A stretch of 24,378 nt of DNA. It comes from an uncultured virus (IMG/VR IMGVR_UViG_3300047462_000030) (lineage: Duplodnaviria; Heunggongvirae; Uroviricota; Caudoviricetes). The stretch lies in the IMG/VR virus record IMGVR_UViG_3300047462_000030; one strand, 5' to 3'. The notes under the pieces are model-generated. The model was not told the DNA's origin. It saw nothing but the letters and a program-made list of their open reading frames with translations, and searched no databases. The position numbers and the translations under genes were made by a program. This document shows positions 23,725 through 24,378 of this stretch, one piece after another; the stretch's first letter is position 1; each line of letters begins with the position of its first letter.

Positions 23725-23870
23725 AAAAAGTCGGTAAACATAATAGTTTTGCCAATTAGACTCTATATATCCTGTTCAACAGAGTATAGACATCAAACAG
23801 CGAAAAAGATAGTGTTTACATAGTCCTAGTAACAAAAGTGTAAATTAATTATTTTTTTAAGGAGAATAAA

Positions 23871-24293
23871 ATGTCAGTAGGATTTAATCCGAAGAACCAA
23901 CTCACAGCCGAGCAATCGCTGCGAGTTCAAGAATTGACTATCAGTGGTTCAGATCAAGGGTTATACTCGCTTACAGCTTATCCCGGCAGTTGTTTGATCT
24001 ATATCAGAGAACCCGTCCTAAGCCAAGCGGTGTCTAGCTCTAGCATGTCACCAGACGGCGTTTATTTAGTGAGAGATAAAGTTGATTCAAGCAACTCTTT
24101 CACCGAATTCGCTAAATCAAGCCTTAGCATTGTTGACAGTAATTCGTCAACCGCATCCCCTGCAACAACCTCTGGATTCAATGAATCTGGTGTGGCTGTT
24201 AATGATCAAGGCGCAATTTTGGTAAGCGGTTTGTCAGCCGTAGCTACCAATGATGTACTTATTGTTAAGTATGTTGTTCAAGAACATTTATAA
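23871..24293 (+). CDS. Putative capsid decoration/accessory protein, paralog B
   Basis: AAGGAG RBS; shares MSVG..PKN.LT..Q.L.VQEL, IY.REPV, DQGAI and VKY.V..HL with paralog A. Confidence 0.7.
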   Translation: MSVGFNPKNQLTAEQSLRVQELTISGSDQGLYSLTAYPGSCLIYIREPVLSQAVSSSSMSPDGVYLVRDKVDSSNSFTEFAKSSLSIVDSNSSTASPATTSGFNESGVAVNDQGAILVSGLSAVATNDVLIVKYVVQEHL

Positions 24294-24318
24294 TATTTAA
24301 AGAAAAGGATAGAATAAA

Positions 24319-24378
24319 ATGGCAACCGCAAATACGTTCGGGACCCCCAACAACACGGCTGGTACCCTTAACGGTTTT
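24319..24378 (+). CDS. 5' end of the probable major capsid protein (truncated)
   Basis: AAGGA RBS; MATANTFGTPNNTAGTLNGF open to the edge; identity inferred mainly from position. Confidence 0.45.
   Translation, partial: MATANTFGTPNNTAGTLNGF

Noticed and set aside
1..24378. Stop-codon reassignment, tRNA genes, integrase or transposase
   Set aside because: Long genes are intact and tightly packed under the standard code, and no cloverleaf or recombinase motif was seen by eye.

Overview
AT-rich fragment of a tailed dsDNA phage (Caudoviricetes) with two divergent arms. Left arm (1-6351, minus strand): a dense train of small, probably early or accessory genes, including several SH3/KOW-like proteins and a collagen-like lipoprotein. 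Centre (6352-7603): a ~1.25 kb non-coding control region. Right arm (plus strand): a degenerate GIY-YIG protein, KTSC and HAD proteins, an inverted M15 endolysin, terminase, portal, repeat-rich fibre-like virion proteins, a permuted papain-like peptidase, a lysozyme-like protein, scaffold, two paralogous capsid-associated proteins and the probable start of the major capsid gene. Main findings: (1) a sigma-54-type promoter with IHF-like and enhancer-like sites upstream appears to drive a leftward transcript. It begins with a ~420-nt nested structured RNA and contains two type II hammerhead ribozymes with cut sites 955 nt apart, each overlapping the ribosome-binding site of the next gene. (2) A short peptide tag, [WY]LD[RK][VI]QxNF, is shared by four otherwise dissimilar small proteins. 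(3) A phage-specific motif, TTAACAACT(AT), precedes the late units. (4) Five more sigma-54 boxes cluster next to a canonical G-quadruplex pattern. All calls come from reading the sequence by eye; no database searches or folding programs were run.
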